From an uncultured Holophagales bacterium (GTDB taxonomy: Bacteria; Acidobacteriota; Thermoanaerobaculia; Multivoradales; UBA5704), in assembly GCA_963842525.1 (NCBI GenBank), contig CAWJGT010000009.1:96001-160000 (forward strand): a DNA stretch of 64,000 nucleotides, in the 5' to 3' direction. This document shows, piece by piece, positions 60,401 through 64,000 of the stretch (position 1 is the stretch's first letter; every line of letters starts with the position of its first letter). Position numbers and translations under genes: made by a program. The notes under the pieces were generated by a model. It ran no database searches. It saw nothing but the letters and a program-made list of their open reading frames with translations, and was not told the DNA's origin.

Positions 60401-60838
60401 TCAGACCGGCTCTTCCTCGGCAACTGCCTGGAAGTCGTTCTCCTCATGAGTATTTTCGGCTTGGGCCTTCCGCAGGCTGGCGAAGCGTTTGCGCGCCTCA
60501 TGGCGTGTACTGCGGTCGAAGCGAGAGGTCTGCGCCAAGGGGAGAAGTGAATTCGATTCGTCGCCGTCTGCGGTGCTATCGTTGGAAGTAGTCTCTCGCT
60601 CATCCAGAATCTTCCAGACCTCCTCGTCAGACGCCGAGCCCAGTCTTTCGCGTAACCGGACGAACGCGGCTTGCTGTTCCTCGCCAGTCTTGTCCGCGGG
60701 GACGACCGCATAGGCCGGTCTCGACCGCTCTGCGAGGAGAAAGACGACGAATTGGTTCAGCGGCACGCCTTCCCGGCGCGCCTGGAGGTTCAGACGGTGG
60801 TGCAACGTGTCCGGAAGACGTAGGGAAAGACGGGCCAT
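60401..60838 (-). CDS. HicB-like RHH antitoxin
   Basis: MARLSLRLPDTLHHRL..ARREGVPLNQ. Confidence 0.8.
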   Translation of the reverse strand: MARLSLRLPDTLHHRLNLQARREGVPLNQFVVFLLAERSRPAYAVVPADKTGEEQQAAFVRLRERLGSASDEEVWKILDERETTSNDSTADGDESNSLLPLAQTSRFDRSTRHEARKRFASLRKAQAENTHEENDFQAVAEEEPV

Positions 60839-60859
60839 CTCTCTATCTCCTGTACTTGC

Positions 60860-61290
60860 TCACGATCCTCGAGTTTCGGCGTGCAATAGCGTTAGGAAGT
60901 CGACAGGGGACAGGACCGGCAGATGAAGCTCGACACGTGCCAACTCGAAGTCTCGCAGGTTGGCGGTCACAACGATCGCACGCGCATTCATGGCGCAGTC
61001 AATGACGTGCTCATCGCCCGGATCCGGTGAGCTGGGTCTCCAGGAATAGTAGGCGGTCACCAGCTCTGCCCGATAGAGGAGCGCATCGAGAACGAATCGG
61101 GTCCGCGCCCAACGCTCAGGGGCGAGCTTTCTCGCCAACACGTCCTCATACTCGTACGCCAACGCCTGGGAGACGCAGGCTTGGAAAAGCTCTGCCACCC
61201 AAGCGCTGACGATGACGCCCGCCGGCCCGTCACGATGGGTCAAGCCTTCGAAGACCACGTTGGTGTCGACCAGGGACGCCTCGGCAAGCC
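60860..61290 (-). CDS. PIN-domain toxin; start uncertain
   Basis: VDTNVVFEGL, LAYEYEDVL, DPGDEHVIDCA, VTANLRDF. Confidence 0.82.
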
Positions 61291-61440
61291 CCTCAACCCC
61301 CTCGGCTCGGCGAGGGGCCCCCTCCTCCTCTTCCGCCTCCCTGTCGGACTTCGGGAAGCTGATCGCCTCGGGCGAACAACCATGGAACGCTCCGAGCCCA
61401 CCTGCGGGCCCGTGCCGCACGGAGGGTCGGCGGCTCCCGC

Positions 61441-63819
61441 TCAGCCCGCTCCGGGCCGCCCGAGCCGGGCGAGATCGGACTGCCAGGACCGGCGCTCGCG
61501 GGCCTCCCGCTCGAACAGCTCTTCCGTCTTGCTCAGGATCAGGGTGTATGGCCGCCCCGAGCGCCGTGTTTCGTGGCGCACGGGGAGCTCGGAGGCATCG
61601 ATCCGTTGATGAATGTGTCCCCGGCCCTGTTGGGCGAGCGGCCATTCGAGCTGCTGGCGGACAGGATCGGCGAGGAAGGCGCCCAGCCTGCTGCAGAGCT
61701 CGCAACGGCAGCCGTCCGGAAGGGCGATCGACCAGTCTCCCGCGCTCCGCGCCGGCCGGGCCAGCCGGGCCTCCAGCCGCCCGATGCAATGTCGCGTCAG
61801 GGCCGCAAGCGCAGGCGCGGCCGATCTCCCGGGCTGCGCTTTCTCCTTCGCGGCCGTCCGCACCACCTGCACGAGGCAGGGGAGCAGCGGCTCGTTCTCG
61901 GCGGTGCACAGGGCTGCGACGACCTCGTCCCGGAAGTCGTCCGCCGCCACCACTCCGGCGCTCCCGAGAAGGCCGTGGAGCGGCGCGGAGAGCGCCGCCA
62001 CCGCCTTGTCCCGCAGGCTCGGCTGCGCATGGCGCCGCGCCGCGCCGATCACCACCTGCAGCTCTGCCCACCGGTCTCGCAGCAGCAGCCGCGCGACGGC
62101 CGATCCCACGGCTTCGTCGGCGGCGCGCAGGGCTTTGCAGAGGCGCGGCAGCGCGGTGAGCCAAGAGAGCCGCTCCCGTTCGTCGAGCCGCGGGCCGCGA
62201 TGGCGGTCGCCCGACCAGGCGGAGAGCATCTGCCCCCACCAGCTCTCGCCGTAGCGCCTGGTCAGGGCGACCAGCGGCGGCGCCTCCTCAGGGGTGAGCG
62301 CCTCGACCCGGAAGGGCTGGAGCATTGACGCCGCCAGCTCCGGCGTAGCGAGGCCGTCCGCCACCCGGAGGGCGCTGCCGAGGAGGCCGCGGCCGTCCTC
62401 GCGGTATGCGACGCCCTTCCAGAACGGCAGCAGCGACGCCGCGAGCTCCCTGGCCTCGGGCGCCCCACCGGCCAGGATCCGCTGCTCGAGCGCCCGGAGC
62501 GCCCAGGCGGGCGAGGCTTCGGCCCGCACGGCGAACGCGCGCTCGCGCGGCCACAGCACGAGGGCCGCCCGCCGGTACCAGCGGTCCATGGTGTTGCCGT
62601 AGTTGCCCATGTACCCCTCGTACTCGGAGGCATAGGGCGCGAGGTCCGACGACGGGGTCGAACAGCACACCTCGTCGTCGGACACCTGCGAGACGATCGG
62701 CAGGGCCTCCTCCCCTGCCGGGTCGACCCAGCGGGCCAGCGTGATCTCGCCGTCGATGAAGTCGCCGAGCTCGTAGGCGTCTGGATCGTCCGTCGCGGCG
62801 TCGTTCTCCGACCACTCATCGTCCTCGTCGCGCTCCCAGTGGCGGTTCCGGCCGCGCCAGGGCTCGTCCCAGCCCGGCTCCATGCAGTCCCATGTCTCAT
62901 GGATCTCGGCGAGCGCGAGCACCAGCTCGCAGCCGCAGCGCTCCGCCGCCGCCCGGAGCGCCGCCGCCCGGGCGCCGTCGTTCCCCTTGAGGCGCTGCCA
63001 GGCAAGGCCGTGCGCGGTGTACTCGTGATCGAGGAGGTAGACCAGACGGTTCGGCGGCTGCGCCTGGCCCTCGTCCCGATACCTCCGGGAGGGGCGTGGT
63101 GTCGCGAAATGATCGCGCAGGCACCGGACGAGGGCGTCGACCGTCGCGGGCTCGGCGGCAGCCGCTGCGATCGCGGTCTTGCCCCCCTCGAGGATCAGGT
63201 TGTAGGTCAAGGCGAGCCGGTAGCCCTCCTTGACCGGTCGGACCTCGTGCCGGCAGTCGGCATAGAAGGCGACGAAGGAGAGCTGCCGGCGGGAGCCACG
63301 GTCGACGACCTTCTCGCCCTGGTGCTCGACGACCAGCTCGCCGCCCTTGAACGAGGCCGGCAACGTCACGACCAGGGTGCCGACCATGGCGTCGGCCTTC
63401 TCCGAATCCTGGTGCGGCAGGAAGAACTGGCCCGGGCCATAGACCAGGAAGGAGTGGAGCTCGGCCTCGAGCCGGCAGCCGTCGGCCAGCCCGAGATCGG
63501 CGCGCAACTCTTCGAGCACCGGCAGGAGCGTCCGGTTCCACCGCCGGCGGTCGATCTTCACCCGGCTCCTGGGAATCTCCCAGGTGTCCCGGACTCGCCG
63601 GTCGAGAAGCGTCTTCTCCCCCCGTCCATAGCGAGCGGGCCGGGCGAGCCGGCAGAGCCTCTCCGCCTGAGCCCGCGAGACGGGAAGGAGGAGCCTTCCG
63701 AGCCCCTGCACCTCCAACTGCAGGTCCTCGGCCGTCGCCGTCCGCCGGGCGGTGAAGCACCCGGGCGAGCCGACCGCGCCGAGGATCTCGCCAATCCGCT
63801 CGAGGTTGTCGACCGTCAC
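61441..63819 (-). CDS. 2OG-Fe(II) oxygenase domain protein
   Basis: YGPGQFFLPHQDSEK, FYADCRHEV..GYRLALTYNL. Confidence 0.85.
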   Translation of the reverse strand: MTVDNLERIGEILGAVGSPGCFTARRTATAEDLQLEVQGLGRLLLPVSRAQAERLCRLARPARYGRGEKTLLDRRVRDTWEIPRSRVKIDRRRWNRTLLPVLEELRADLGLADGCRLEAELHSFLVYGPGQFFLPHQDSEKADAMVGTLVVTLPASFKGGELVVEHQGEKVVDRGSRRQLSFVAFYADCRHEVRPVKEGYRLALTYNLILEGGKTAIAAAAAEPATVDALVRCLRDHFATPRPSRRYRDEGQAQPPNRLVYLLDHEYTAHGLAWQRLKGNDGARAAALRAAAERCGCELVLALAEIHETWDCMEPGWDEPWRGRNRHWERDEDDEWSENDAATDDPDAYELGDFIDGEITLARWVDPAGEEALPIVSQVSDDEVCCSTPSSDLAPYASEYEGYMGNYGNTMDRWYRRAALVLWPRERAFAVRAEASPAWALRALEQRILAGGAPEARELAASLLPFWKGVAYREDGRGLLGSALRVADGLATPELAASMLQPFRVEALTPEEAPPLVALTRRYGESWWGQMLSAWSGDRHRGPRLDERERLSWLTALPRLCKALRAADEAVGSAVARLLLRDRWAELQVVIGAARRHAQPSLRDKAVAALSAPLHGLLGSAGVVAADDFRDEVVAALCTAENEPLLPCLVQVVRTAAKEKAQPGRSAAPALAALTRHCIGRLEARLARPARSAGDWSIALPDGCRCELCSRLGAFLADPVRQQLEWPLAQQGRGHIHQRIDASELPVRHETRRSGRPYTLILSKTEELFEREARERRSWQSDLARLGRPGAG

Positions 63820-64000
63820 AGCACCTCTCCAGGAAACTCGCCGCCCATTGTCGACTCCATGTTAGATGTCCTGGGGCTCGCTGGAAACGTCTCTCGGTCT
63901 TCCCAGCAGGAGACAAATGCCCGGCATCCGAATCATACACCAACCGCCGCCTGCTGGAGGAGAGGGAAAGCGGAGCCCGCCGAAGACGCTTCCGAAGGCG

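Overview
GC-rich bacterial chromosomal window; the gene families suggest Acidobacteriota (Thermoanaerobaculia-like), which is an inference. A housekeeping and envelope block at about 13-33.8 kb (enoyl-CoA hydratase, SDR, ECF sigma, GT39/LAB_N/GT2, PagL-like, O-antigen ligase, tlyA, nadK, tamB-like, bamA/tamA-like, ribBA, GT4) is flanked by accessory regions. Main observations: (1) two integrase-less integron-like cassette arrays (5.4-8.1 kb minus, 40.5-43.0 kb plus), each with attC sites and its own near-consensus sigma70 promoter, and each next to an identical 28-bp REP and a ~20-bp degenerate tandem array; (2) a complete 3375-bp four-gene Mu/Tn552-like transposon with TGT..ACA ends and a CCAGA target duplication, inserted into the first unit of a tandem array of 19-20 bp units (17 units lie to its right); (3) a small-peptide neighbourhood at 33.8-40.2 kb with a deaminase-motif protein, two Cys-rich peptides, a LanC plus precursor with no LanB, and a TPR protein paired with a secreted DPxG-repeat peptide; (4) an AfsA-like hotdog protein with an acyltransferase and FAD oxidoreductase, bracketed by palindromic repeats; (5) palindromic repeats inserted in frame in dnaE2 and the bamA-like gene. 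Several single-base frameshifts look like assembly errors. No rRNA, tRNA or CRISPR array was recognised.
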